The translations under genes were made by a program, and so were the position numbers. Source: Asterionella formosa (Eukaryota). Taken from it: a stretch of DNA of 47,857 nt. The notes beneath the pieces were generated by a model. The model was not told where the DNA came from. It ran no database searches and was given only the letters and a program-made list of their open reading frames with translations. Within the stretch, counting starts at the first letter, position 1, and every line of letters starts with the position of its first letter. Positions 1 to 13,900 of the stretch are shown here, in pieces. The DNA lies in the NCBI GenBank assembly GCA_002256025.1, contig NKIB01014081.1:1-47857 (forward strand), given 5' to 3'.

Positions 1-328
1 TGGAAAGATAGCCCACCCAAATCACACAGCAGTGTATCAGCAACTTCTGATAGTCTAATCCACAATTCCTCTCTTGAGCTATTCATTCGATTTTCAGCAC
101 AAACTGCTGCTGAAGAAAATAAATTGCTCAACACTGATGGGTGTGTAGACAGTGGCATCAACAGGTATTGTGCAAAGGTAATTTCTTTGTTACAACATAT
201 TGATCAAAATATTCAATTTACCAGGTGTTTACAATTGAGTCTTTGTTTAACAATTAATAGCATTCAAAGTGTAGTTCAGAGTGCATTGACTAGCTATGAT
301 ATGATTTACTAAAAATAAGTATATCTAT

Positions 329-830
329 TCATTTGGGACAGGTACGTGAATTGTGCCCATTTACCCCACAATTACCACATCATCCGAAGATAATTCGTCT
401 ACTGTCACTGCCTTTGTACAACTTCAAAAACACGTTCATATCCTTATAATACTTGGTAACAGCTTCAATGCATTTTTCCCGAGAATCAAATGTGACTTGA
501 TCCATTAGATTGATGTCGGATAAATTTTCATCTCCCTCCTCTGTATTGTCCCCAATAGGTTCTGACAGCTTTGGTTGAGGAGGCATCAGAGTCAATTCGA
601 ACGCAATGATGTGCATGCGTTAGCACGGCAGTGTCGTGGAGGAGTCAACTAAGATTCGTGTGGCAAAAAAGTATTGGTGGTTTATACGAAGATTATGTAG
701 GCTAGTAGGGTTTAAGGGTTTATCAAAAAGAGGGGGACGAAATATCGATATAGGGGGACGAAATATCTTTTTCCTAATTTTATTTTTTCCTGAATAAAAT
801 TTAATCAGATACCCCTCCCTTCTCCCCCTT
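329..830 (-). mobile_element. Internally deleted Mutator-like (MULE) element: FAR1/MuDR-type N-terminus fused to a C-terminal CCHC zinc knuckle
   Basis: Minus strand reads MPPQPK...VTFDSREKCIEAVTKYY...SDSRRIIFG*CGNCGVNGHNSRTCPK* (ATG 586, in-frame TGA at 380-382, knuckle 332-379). The FxSxExC..AV..Y motif and the CX2CX4HX4C knuckle are the two ends of MULE transposases, and the DDE core is absent. A duplicated GGGGGACGAAATATC (732-767) and a C-rich end (~810-829) suggest terminal sequence. Confidence 0.6.
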
Positions 831-852
831 CATTTTTTATTACGGTAAGATA

Positions 853-1000
853 TACGTACCGGTACAAATGTAAATACCTGTATGCTGTCGTATGTTCCGA
901 ACTCGAATTGAAACCGGTACCTGGTACCAGTACCTGGTACCTGGTACCTTGCTTCGACTTTGGGGTGGGCTACAGCGTTCCTAGGTACCTGGTACCAGGT
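853..1000. repeat. GGTACC/ACCGGT palindromic low-complexity tract upstream of the small two-exon gene
   Basis: Runs such as accggtacctggtaccagtacctggtacctggtacc (914-949) and ggtacctggtaccaggta (984-1001). Confidence 0.8.
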
Positions 1001-1324
1001 ATCACTTTTTGTTTGCATTGTTCTGTTTGGCTGTCCTTGTTCGAACTTCGTCTTGCCATCATAATCAGTGTGTCTGACAAAAAGTCGATCGGCTGCCCGC
1101 GCGATGCAGGCTCATACCAGCACATCCTCCGCAAGACATGATATTTAATATACCGGTATATGCAGGTACGTACAACAAAGAAGGCAGCTGATAAGCAGCT
1201 GGGATACCGGTATATCATACCATCGTCGTATTGGTCGTTGCTCTTATCGTACATGCTCGTCCAAAATAAGCACCACAACGTTGCTCCTTCCCTTTGAATT
1301 CGTTTCTTGTCCGTTCTCTTCATC

Positions 1325-1846
1325 ATGGTGGCATCATCTAATCCGATAACGCTCTGGATGAAGAGCGTCATGTCGGAACAAAGACATCAGAATGATTATT
1401 ACCTAAACGAGTCACTGGCAGTGTGAGTACATTTGTCTGTTTGTCTGTTGAATCATGATAGTGCTTGTCCAGCCTATGAAATTGCGATCATGCATGGCTG
1501 TTTTTTCGATATCATGTCTGCTGCTCACCTTCACTAAATATCTTTCATTGCCATAAATGTCCTTTATTTTCATCACATTTATTTTATATCAAAATATTCC
1601 GTTAGCACGTCCATATTGTCCCAAAAGTTTCATGATTGGCGATCTGGACCTCAGAGGACATGGGGATATTGGTGTCAAGAACCTCGCTCGGTTCCAAGCA
1701 TTATTGCTCCAACTGCACACTCCATGTTCAAATCATCGAGTGCGGGAAGACTCAACTCCCTGTCGGCATACAATTTTTACATTGATAAGAACAAGACACG
1801 TCGGGATGAATTGATTGAAAAGTATCATGGCAGTGTTGCCAATTAG
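1325..1846 (+). CDS. Small two-exon protein of unknown function, 112 aa (exons 1325-1422 and 1606-1846)
   Basis: ATG at 1325, donor GT|GTGAGT at 1423, AT-rich intron, acceptor TTAG| at 1605. The phases match (GT+C = Val), giving MVASSNPITLWMKSVMSEQRHQNDYYLNESLAVTSILSQKFHDWRSGPQRTWGYWCQEPRSVPSIIAPTAHSMFKSSSAGRLNSLSAYNFYIDKNKTRRDELIEKYHGSVAN*. It converges on the 3' end of the TPR gene. Confidence 0.7.
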
Positions 1847-1903
1847 AAGTTTTACATAAGTTTATTTATAGCGAGACACAAAATTCCAATTTTAGATTGT
1901 CTT

Positions 1904-4900
1904 TTATGCTCCAACTGATTCCATCATAGTGCGTGCAATGCCTTCTAGCTTCAGGACAGAAATCACCTTTTCGCAATCATCTGGGACGCCAGCCTTTTTG
2001 TACACTGCCAGGGCCTCTTCCCAAGATTCCAAAGCGCCCTTAAAGTCCGCTCGGTTCTTCAGGATAATGCCCATCATGGTCAACGCCTCGGCCACTGGTT
2101 CCGACCATGCGCCTAAAGTAGCTCGTCGGATACGCAAACACTTTTCTATTGATGCAATGGCGGCAGGATAGTCTCGCTTGTGATCCAGTAGTACACAGAT
2201 TCCATAGTACACATCGGCCACCAAGGGATGAGTATCCCCCAAGTCACTTAAACGTCGCTTTAGGACTTCACCGTACAGCTGCATAGCTTCTGTAAAGCGC
2301 TTTTGGCGGCCCAGTATAGTGGCAATCCTACAGAGTGTTATTCCAATGATTTCGTGATCGCGACCTCGCAAAATCTGATAAAATTTAAGGGCTTGTCGAT
2401 ATGTTTTCATGGCAGAACCATCTGATCCTGTACCATCCAAAAATGTACCATAATCAAAGAGAGCGCCGGCGTACGACTCGTACTCATCCTCGAGGGCTAG
2501 ATTATGGATTTCCTCGCGTGTCAAATCGTCTCGAAGTTGAAAGGCAAAAATATTCACAGCTCGTTCGTAACACCCACCGGCCTTTTTTGGCTCCTTCTTG
2601 GCATCCAAGATTGCACCCAATTTGGCCAAACACTTACCCACAGAAACATCGTTCTCACCATAGATCTCTCGGTACACTCGAATGGCATCAGCATAACATT
2701 GCGCGGGATCCAGTTTGCCCTTGTTACTGTCGGCGTACTTGAGACAGCCGGCCAACTGAAACAACGTATCAGCAACTTCAATGTGATCGGGACCTCGAAC
2801 CAGTCTTCGAATACGTAAGCATTCACTAAAACAGTCAGAACCAAGGTCCCACTCATCGCAGCGAATATGTAACGTGCCGAGTTTATACAAGACATCAGCA
2901 ACGAGTAAATGATCGCGACCAAGGCATTTTTGACGTGCAGGCAGCGCTCCTTGAAAATTTTCGATGGCTTCTCTCCAGTGACGCCAAGCCTGTTTTATGC
3001 ATCCGATGTAGTACATGGTGTTGGCAACCCTAAGATCATTGATTCCGCGGCGCTTTCGAAAGATTTCAAATGCAGAATCCAGACAAGGCAGGGCAGTTTC
3101 AAACTCATTTCGAACAAAGAAAATCTTTCCAATGATGAAATACGACTCTCCGGTAGCTTCGTTGTTCATTCCGAGGAGTGATTTACGAATTTGCAGTGCT
3201 TGCTGTGCAACTGATAATGCCTCATCCCGGTGATCCATATCTAAATGTAGTTCTGCGAGCCGCTGGAGAGCATTTGAGGTACTTAGATGTTCAATCCCGA
3301 CCGTTGTACTATACATTTCCAGGGCAGTATCCAAACAATGCAGGGCTTCTTGATATTTCCCAAGTTTCTCAAATGCTTCAGCTTCATAAAGTGAAAGATC
3401 AGCCAATTCCTTGGACTCTTGCCTTTCATCGGTTGAACGATTGATGCGCATGCCACGCGCCCTTTCGTATTGAAGCAGGGCTTCTTCGAATTTGCCCTGT
3501 GCAATCATTGCGTGACCCTGACCAACAACGGCATCTTCCACGACTTCATTGTCAGGATCATCATGCTGTGAACAAATCGCAGTGGCCTGGGTGAAACAAA
3601 AGGCTGCCTTGGCATCGTTGTGAAGATATGAGTGAACATTTCCCAAATGAAGATATATTCGGGCTGTATCAAGATCGTCATCGTCCTGAGTTGTCTTGTG
3701 AATTCGTAGGGATTCCTCGTAACATCGTAGGGCAAGAGTATGGTCCTTTCGTGAAGTCTCGTAAACTCTACCAAGACTGAACAATGACTGGGCTACATCC
3801 ATGTGATCATCGCCATATACCTTTCGACGGATCCTAACACACTCACGAAACGACCGCTCTGCCTCATCGCTGTCGTGACATTGAATGCACAATTCACCAG
3901 TAAAATTGAGAAGAGCGGCTAGTTGGACATCCTCAGTATATCGTCTGATTTGCAGGGACTGTTCACACCACTTCAAAGCACCCCGAACGTCTCCCTTCAT
4001 TCGATAGACTTCGGCCATTTGCTGAAGAGTGTCGGCAACCTCAGCATGATCATCACCAAGCTGAGACTTCGTGATTGCCAACGCCCTGCCGAAACACTTC
4101 ATTGCCCGATCGGTGTCGCCTGTTTCCTTTAAACAGACACCTACATTAAAAAGAGCATTAGCAACACTCAAGTGATTCTCGCCATGTAGCATTTTGTAAC
4201 ATTGGATAGATTCAAAAAATGAATTCATTGCTTTCTTGAACATCTGGAGGCGGGACAAGACGGAACCTTGTTGATGATAAAGTTTTGCCAAGCGTTCTTG
4301 ATTTTGATTTGATTTGGCCATTTCTATACAAGCAGCAAAACAAGGTAGCAAGACTTCACAATCCGTCCGGTCACTTCTGTGTTCAGGCGCTTGTAAACCA
4401 ATACGGATGGCATTCTGAAAATGCTCCATTGCCGGTCGTAACTTTCCAAGGTTGTACTCAACGTGACCCAAATACCGTTGAATGTCGCCAAGCTCGTAGC
4501 TATCCTCGTCAGCATGCACCAAGCCGATTTGAAGTGATTCACCAAGGCACGAGTAAGCCTCTTGATATTGTTGCAGCTCGTATAGACAAGCTCCCAGACG
4601 ATAGAGCAAGTCACCAAGTTCCACATCATTTGGTTTAGTATGTTGTTGAAGTATTTGAAGGGCTGCCTGAAAGGACTCCTTTGATTGCGAAAACTTCGAC
4701 ATGGCAAAGTGGATTCGGCCAAGTGAATGAAGACATCGCCCATATTCGTAGTGGCTTGTCCCGAACTCCATCGCTAGAATAATTTTAGCTTCCTCGACGA
4801 AAGACAAAGCGTCGTCATACTCCTTGACCCCGAACTTTACCATCCCAATTCTGAAAGTAATGCGAGCGTTCATTTTTTGATCCTTAACGTCCATTCTGTT

Positions 4901-7900
4901 CAAAATTCCTAGGCTTTTGTCAAACCAGATAATGGCCTTATCGTAGGACTTCTCGTCCTCGTTAACTCTCCCAAGCAAATAAGTAGTATTTAGCATTTCA
5001 CTTCCATCGCCGCTGCTTCGTTCGAGAATTTTGAGAGCGGAAAGAAGAGATACACGGGCCTCTTGAAACTGCTTCAACTCAAGCAAAGATGACCCCATAC
5101 ATTGAAGTATGTCACCTAACTTGCGTTCATTCATCGACAATCTACTCTGGCGCTGTAGCTTCAGGGAATTCTTTAGGCAAGCAAGAGCCTCTGCATACTC
5201 GTACTGCTCCAAATGCAGCTTGCCAAGTCGGAGTTGCAAATCGGCTTCGCTATCTTTGTCAGTTTGGCCAATCGATCGATCTTTTCTCATGCTCAAGGCT
5301 TCCTTGAAGTAAAATAGTGCCATTTCATTGTTTCCTGTTGCTACATAGGCGCTGGCTAACGCCTTCAACGTTTCTTCAGTTAGGATATGCGTATCTCCCA
5401 GCTTTGCCCTTCGCACGAGCAATGCTTCTCTTAGCCGGCTTATCGACCTGTCGAATTCACCAAGCCTGAAGCGGACTCCACCCATTCTATGCTTAACAGT
5501 AGCAAGCATCAGGTGATCGGATCCTAAGGCTTCTTCCATGAATTTGATCGTGATTTCGTTACAAAGGATACCCTCGTCTGTTCGATCAGTAAGGTCCAAT
5601 AGAGAGCCTAGAGTGGAGAGACTTTCAGCGGCCTCAATTGGATTTTTTTCGTGCTGCTCTTCAATGAATTCTTTCAAAACTTCTTTGAGAGTATTCAGAC
5701 GAGTTTTGGCATCGGCGTCGACCAGTCGAGGCAAGTGGACCTTGCGTTCAATTATTTCAAGCGATTCTTTGAAGATTTCTTCACACTTTTCTTTTTCGCC
5801 TCTGAGCTGCAAAATTAATCCAATTTGATGCAGAGTCCTAGCGATACTCAGTTCGTTCTTTGTCTCGCCTGCATCGCGTCTTTGTTTCAAGCACTCATGA
5901 AAACATCGAAGAGCCTTTTCGTACTCAAACCTATCTCTGTGCGTCATCCCGATACATTCAACAATTTGGGAAACAACGGGAAAGTTTGAGGTATCTTTTG
6001 AATCAATCAACCCCAACGCGTCCTTGCAGCTCTTAATGGAAGAGTCGTACATTCCAAGGAGACGAAGGACTTCGCCAATGTTTGAAAGTGTAGAAACAAC
6101 ATGGAACTTTGAATCCACATTTCTGCCCCTACTCTTGAGCGCGTTGCTATAGCAAGAAAGCGACTCTTGCAAGTCTGACTTTGATTGGAGAACGAAACCG
6201 AGACTGTGATATGTGTCTGCCACGTGCTTTCCTTCGATCCCTTGGATTTCCTGAAGGCTCCCAAGAGCATCTTCTAAGCAAATCCTAGCCTCATTAAAAT
6301 CGCCCAATTGGTGCAAGCAATTTCCAAGGTTGTGCAAATTGATGGCAACGACAAACCTAGTGTCACCGGGTAGTGACTTTTGAATGCCGATAGCATCTCG
6401 ATAGAAAACCGCAGCCTGCTTGTACTGCTTGATCTCCACTAAAACCTGAGCCACCTTTGGCAAGACTAATGATTTATCGATATTGTACCGAGTTGAATTG
6501 ATTTCGGAAAGCCGAAGCATGCATTCGTAACAGCGGATTAGATCGCGTAAATCCCGATCTGACCGCATTGTAATTTGCGGTGATTTTATTCGTTTTAGTT
6601 TGCGTTCAACCAACTCGAAAACACGGGCAGCTTCGGTCAGACAATCCCATGCATCCTCTGACTTTCTCAGTTTGAAATGACAAATTCCCATCTGCATAAA
6701 GACTCGGCCAATCTCCCAGGAGTTATCCTCGAAGGAATCTGTATCGATAGCCTCTTCGTAACACATAAGAGCTCGTTCAATTGCATTGATACGCTCGAAC
6801 GCTTGACCTTGATCAACCAGCGTTCGCTTGATATCGCTATGAGTAATTTTCTTCCTCCGTAAGGCATCTTCAAACATACGAAGGGCGACGTCGCATTTGT
6901 CAAGTTCAGTGTACGATACCGCCATTGCGTGGACGATGTTACTGATGTCCTCGTGTTGATCCCCCATTGAAACACGCTTAATTTCTAGCGCATGTTGAAA
7001 ATGATCGAGAGCCATTTGGGGGTAACCCAGCTTTTGGTAAATTATGCCCATATTCTCCATTGAGGAACCAACTTCTGGATGGTTATCTCCAAGCACTTCG
7101 ATTCGAACCTGAAGTGACATTTTATTGTAATTCATTGCCTCATCGTAATTACCAAGCTCACACATAACAATTGCGATCTTAAAAGAAATGTCAGCAACTT
7201 CCATGCTATCCTTCCCTCGCGTTGACATTTTCACATTATGGGCTTCTTTGAGACATTTAAGAGCGTCCCCAATGTTTCCAGCTTCTCGAAGAACAATCCC
7301 CAGAAGAAATGCAGTATCAGCGACCTCGTCACCTTTTTCACCAAGGGCACCCACCCGAATTCTTCTACATTCTTCGAGGATATCAAGTGCATCGCTATGA
7401 CAATTGCTATCCACCAATGTTTGTGCTAAGCCAAAGAGAGAATTCGCAACGTCAATGTGCTCAGTTCCGAGGTACCGAACTCTGGTCTCTAACGCTGCTC
7501 GGTGAAGCTCAAGGGCTTCACTGATACAACCGGTCATTCGAAGAACATTTGCAAGGCAATATTGCGTATCAGACATGTCTTCAGAGTCTGCTTGACTTCG
7601 TTTCATTTCAAGTGCTTCTCGGAAGATTCTCACTGCGTGGTCGAAGTCGTTTCGTTTTGTGAGAATAATACCGACATTATGAAGGGCCAACGCCTTCACA
7701 GATAATGACCCTCCTTGGCCTTTTATAGTGTGGAGGGCTTTCTTGAAATAGCTCAAGGCCAGATCTTCATCATGCATTTCGTCATATACAGTTCCGATGC
7801 TGCACAAGCAAGATGCGGCCTCATTTTGATTTTCGCCAATTTCCAGGTTGAAGATCTGCAAACTACCATCAAAGAAATCCAATGCTTTCTTGTACTGCTT

Positions 7901-10900
7901 GTCAGCCATGTACAGTTGTCCCAAATTAAAAAGGGTTCGTGCAGTCTCGATGTGTTTGGAACCGAGCTTATCAGTTTTAATTCGCAAGGCATCAGCATAA
8001 AGTTGCCTAGCCCGGTTTATCTGGCCCATTGACGTGAATATTGCACCAATATTGTTTTTCGTGTTCGCGACACTTAGTTGGTCTCCTGAAAGTAGACGAA
8101 TGCGAAGACTTTCCTCGTAGCAACGCAAAGCTCGCCTGAGTTCCCCTCGATTACGGTGAACGTTTCCAAGGGAGTTCAAAACGTTGCTCATCTCTATGTT
8201 GTTTACTCCCCAGATCCGGCGTCCCAATTTCAGAACCTCTCCGAAGCATTCAATGGCTTGGTCATAATTGCCCAATTTGTCGTGGGCAACTGCCTGTCGC
8301 TGGAGAACTTTTCCCGCAACGACTTCAAATTCTTTACTGTTTCGTAGTAACCGTATAGCATCGTCAAACCAATCCAGAGCAAGCAGGAAGTTATTCGAGA
8401 GAAACTCGATATTTCCAAGGCAAATCATGTTCTCGGCCAGTTCAATACTATCCTTGCCAAGAATTTCAGAGGTTATCTCGTGACATTCTTGGTGACATTC
8501 GCGAGCAAGTTCCTTTTGATTAACTTCGACATAAATATTTCCAAGATTGAACAGAAGATCCGCAACTATAAGGCGATCATTTCCTTGCGCACTTCGTTGG
8601 AATTGTAGAACATGAGTCAACGACTTGAGCGATTTTTCATATTGCCCAAGAGCGGCCTGAGAGTTCCCTATACGATGAATCACCTCACAAATGCGATCTT
8701 CGTCATCAGGGATGTCAGTTCTCTGCCTTCGGATCAGGATCAAAATCGATGAATGGCATTCAAGTAACAATTCATTAGTACCATGTTCGTCTCCGTTTGA
8801 TTTAAGTCCACCTTCAATGACTCGAGGGACAATGGCTGACTTCTGTGTCCCATTCTTGGCAAGATGGAGATTTACGTGCTCTAGAATGCCAACCGCTGAA
8901 TAGAAATGGTCCAAAGCTACTTGGTCATAAGCCCCAAGCGCCATAAGGGCTCGTGCGAGCTCAACAAAAACTAGTGCATCATCAATATGAGGGGTGGAAT
9001 CTTCGTCGTCAAACATGTCCCTGATATGAAGAGCCCTCTGGAGTGCTCTGACGCATCTCTTGTAGTCATGACGATCCTGGTATACTTTTCCCATTCGCTT
9101 CAACACATCACACACTTTCATGCTTTCGTCACTATAATGTTCACCATACACACGAAGTGCAAATGCATAGCACCGTAACGCTTCATCATGCTGACCCAAT
9201 ATGTCGTACGAAAGGGCCAACTTTTCCATTGTGATGGCGTTTGGCAAGGGCGACAAAACCCGACCCTTCGAGATTCCAGTCGTTTTCTGACGAAAGAAGG
9301 AGTCGAAAATTTCGTCCGAAGTTGCCGTTTCAATCACGTCGACGCCACGGTACCGTAGGCTCTCCTCAAAGTCAGAAATGGCTTTTACGTAGTCGCCGAC
9401 TTCGAACCAACTAATACCAAGATTGTGGTAAATTTTTGCACGCCAAACATTTGTCTCGTCCAATGCGATCCGGACTGTTGCGTTACGTCCTTGTCTCCAA
9501 TTGGTTTTCTTCGAAGACTCTGTCCATGTATTCATCAAAGAAAGAGCATCAAGAAGTCGAGCGCGCTCAATTTCGTAATTCCCTTGCGCTTCATGAAGCA
9601 ACGCAATGTCATACAAATTCTCAATGGAGCAAATCACAATGGATTTTATGTCCGGCGTAACGTCGCTCTCCGGTTGCGTGATGTCCCGTTCGTTCTCATT
9701 CGCTTCGTTCCAGTCACGATCAGTTCGTTCAAGGAAAAGAGTGAGAACAAATAAAGAATCGTTTAGACTCTTTAGCGCATCGGCCATTAAGGCACTTTTT
9801 TTCCCAGGCAGTGACGAAGCTTTTCTGCATAGCGCCACTCCAAGGTGATGGGACGTACTAGCAACTTCCCAGTGATCGCCAAGCAAAACTTTTCTCACTC
9901 GGAGTGCCTGCGAAAAACACGAGATTGCCTCGTCAAGCCTGCTACCACTTATCCTTCTACTGACATTCTTAATTTCGTCTCTCGTCTGTTGGCGCAGACA
10001 AAGTAGGCCCAAGTAGTGCATACTCCGTCCAAACGAAAGATTCATTTCGCTTCTATTCTTTGTACGGATAGATATGGCTTCGCGTAAAAGCTTCGTTGCT
10101 TCCTCTTCTTCGTTGTATGCTCGATCAGGAAAGTTCTTTGGGTCGTCGTCCTCCATAAGTAAAGCTGCAAGTGATTCCATTACTTCGGCCACAGCCATTG
10201 CATTTGGCCCTGATGTCACTTTCGCAATTCGAAGCGATTCATCGTAAGCTTCAATTGCTTTCTCCTTCGCTTCTTGTTTCTTCATTTCTCCTTGTGCGGC
10301 ATAAATGTCCTTGTAGATATTACCAAGATTGAACAGAATGTTGCCAATAATGTTGTGCTCGCTTGTTCCAAGTCGTTCCTCTGTTAGTTGCTTCGATTCC
10401 TCGAAGCATCTTATAGCGGTATCGTATTTTTTACGTTTGGCATGAATATTTCCCAGTCTAAAAAGGAGATCCTCCCTTGTCACTCCAGTACCGACCAACA
10501 CATCAAGGTTCTCTTTAGACTTACCGCCAAACCCAAACCACCCACTTGATTGAGAATTGCTGTACTCGTGCTGTTCCTTTGAATTATCCAGGATTCCCAT
10601 CATATGCTCATAGCAATTCATTAGCATGACATTAATTTCCAACTGACTGATGCTTTCTAAGTGTTTTTCGTCGTCAATAGTCAAAGTCACCCTAGACTCA
10701 AGATTGGTGGTCTCGAGATACTTCATTGCGGTTTCAAAAGCCAACTTAGCTTCTTCTTCGTGATGTTTCTCGAGGTTCATGAGAGCGATTCGTCGATGCG
10801 CATCACCGACCCGAACAATTGATACTACAAGCGAAATCTCGCTAAATCCAGTGATAGAAGATATACCGCGGAATCGCTCTTGTTCGCCCGACAATGTTTC

Positions 10901-13900
10901 GTTCGTTACAGAATGTAAAACCTGAATGGCGCCTTCAAGGAAACGTCGCGCACGATCTGCTTTTTGTTGTTCGTGGTAGAGTCCCCCAAGCGAAAGCATG
11001 ACTGAAGCAATGGCACCGTTTATAGCAACATCAAGCGCGCTTCGCCTTTCTTCGATTTGTAACTGCCGTCTTTTCTCGCGTGGCTCACTGGCGTCATCCA
11101 ATGAATCTATGTCGTCATTTAGACCACCACGAATTTTCTCGCCTAACTGCCTGCTCTTTCTTCGGGCGGCAACGGTTTCGAAAAGTCGAAGGGCTTCACG
11201 ATAATGTGAGGTTGCCGGAGTAAACTTGTTCGTGTAGAAGTGTGCTAGACCTATAGCGTGTTCACAGTAACCAAGATCCATTTCGAGAACATCCGATTCG
11301 TCTTCAGATGCCCTCATATGATCATGGCCATCAAGGATTTTTCGTTTTTGCTCCAAAAAATTCATAACATGCTCGAAATAAATCACCGCCTTTTCGTTCT
11401 CGCCAATACGGCTGGATGCGACACCAGTCAAAAAGCAGAGTTCGCTAACAATGTTGATTCGTGTCAAGCACTGCTTGTTTGCAGCTTCCTGGAGTGCACG
11501 GGATGGATACTGCAAGCCAGCGTACACCAACGAATCCGGATCATCATTTTGAATTAAAAAGGTATATGCGTCCCTCCAACACTTAATGGCATCGGAATAA
11601 TCGCAGCGACGAAAATAAAGCTTTCCAAGCTTTGACAGGTCCCCAACGTAATCTAAGAGTTTCTGCCAAGGTGGAAGATTACTAGATGAGTTTTCAATCG
11701 AGAAGGTAAAGTCATTGGGCGATGATGGGTTAGGGAGCTTCAATATTTTCTCTCGCAATGCCACAACCTCTCTAGTTATTTCAATAGCTCTGCGATCGAT
11801 TTGCAAACTCGTTAATCGCGGTCCGTCAATGGATTGTAGATCAAATTGGTCGATACCAGTATACAACATGGCCAATCGCCGACGTGCATAGGTTGAATTA
11901 ATTTGCGACAATTTTAACATCAACGCATCCACCATTCTTGACATGGCATCAGCAACAAAAGGGTTTTCTATTGGTTCATTGACTGCATTTGGGTTGTCTG
12001 GATCGTTTTGTGTTGGAAATTTGCCTGACGCCCTTAACGACAGCATCATGCAATCCATTGATTTGGATAGACTGTCGAAACCTTCATCGCACTCCCCAAG
12101 TTCCATTTGAGTTATACCCAGGCATTTCAGAACAGTGGCAATTTCAGCATTTGATTCGGGTCGGATTGAATGGTTCAGGGGAGGAATGGGGGATGTGCCC
12201 ATTTCGTTCATTTTCATTTCGTCGAAGCCGGTGCTGCGTTTCAAGAGCGCCAGACATTCTGCGAAACAAACGTTGGCCTCGTTCCACTGCTTCAATTCCA
12301 TGTGAATACAGCCAACACTGTGTAAGGTATGAATGACGGTTGGGTGGTCCTTCCCAATATGTCGACCGTACAACACTAGTGATTCGTTGTAGGTCACTAA
12401 AGCATGTTTATGGTCGGATAGCTTGACGTCATAGCAATACGCCAACGTAGTCAAGGTATCTGACAAATACAATTCAATCGTCACACGTGCTTCGTGGATG
12501 TGTTTCATGGCTAATGCATGCCGACGATCCAATTCCACAGCAGCCGCTCCAAGCAGCTGATCATTACTGGCTGATGATTGATTTGGTAGTGAAGACCGGA
12601 AACTTGTTCGAATGGCAGGTTCGGCACGACGCAAGACAGCAAGAGCTCCTCGATAAGCAGACCGGGCATGAAGGTATGCACTAACTTCCAAATCGGTCAT
12701 GTCGTTATCGAAATTCACTGTTTGAATTGTCGAATCCAACAACCTCGGTTGTTCCTCCGGCTTAATTGTTTCTAATCGTTCTTGTTCTCGCCTTCCCATG
12801 GTAACACCTTGAAAGTGAAATGAACGGCCAACTTCTAGACATACCGAGACAACTTGGGGATGGTCGGATTCGATAGAGAATTGCGGATTGACAATGGTAT
12901 CTGATGCTTTCCACTCCAGTCCATCCAATATAAAGTCCGCCTGTTTCATGTTTTCGTCAAATATAGACTCCAAGCACTCTTTAATGGCCCGATGCACGTC
13001 ACGATACATATCTTCATAGATAGTTGAACTACCCTTGGTCCTGAGATGCAATTCATCAAATAAGGTATTCAATTCTTCCAAATGCACCATGACACCATTG
13101 TATACACCAAGTACAACCAGTCGATTTCTTATTAATCGTGGGTCGCTAAAGTACTGCATAAGAAATCCAAAAGTGGTTTCCTCCCAACATTCGTCAGGCT
13201 TGGGATTCCACGCCGCCCGAAGATAAAAATGAGGAAAGTAGCGAATCGAGTACATATATGCCAAAGAGGTTTCCGACCTTCGATCGATGTTACCTAAAGC
13301 CACCATGCGATCAGATGACAATGAATCTTTTAACAAACCGTCCAAGAGCACTTCCTTTAAAAAGGGCAATCGCCAATCTTGTTGCGTTAACTCGAGTTCC
13401 TGAACCCATTCTCGTATGAGTGTCGTAATACCAGTCCTCAATCGAACTTCTTGCTCTTCTTCCACCTCTTCCTTTGTTTCTTCTTTAGTCTCCTCCTTTT
13501 CTTCTGTATTATACATGTCTCCATAAAGGAGCTGTTCAGTGTCTCTGGCAGATTGACGTTCTTTGCTGATCAGGTCAGTTCTGATTCTTTTTGTTGGGCC
13601 TTCTTCGTTGCTTAGGCTCTCTACTGTATACGTTCGAAACATGTCCAAGGTGGTGGACAATAAGAGCTCAGTGACATGCTCTGCGAACAAAAAGAATTTA
13701 GGGTCCTTGAATTCCTGTGAGTAGTGATCATGGTCACTTGTATGACTCCTATTAAAAACGTTTGAATTCTCGCCACTATTTCTCATTTGATGGTCCAGCA
13801 AGACTTGTTGAAACAAGCAACGAACCACCTTGAGTGGCACATAAGGACTTAGTGAAGCTGCTTCTTTTGTTAGTCCCTCTTTTTCCGTTTTCTTCTTCTT

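Noticed and set aside
830..1371. ORFs rich in YQVPGT/WYLVP, with similar ones at 14836-15473 and 39477-39735
   Set aside because: Translations of GGTACC tracts rather than proteins; 970-1371 is also antisense to the better-supported spliced gene.
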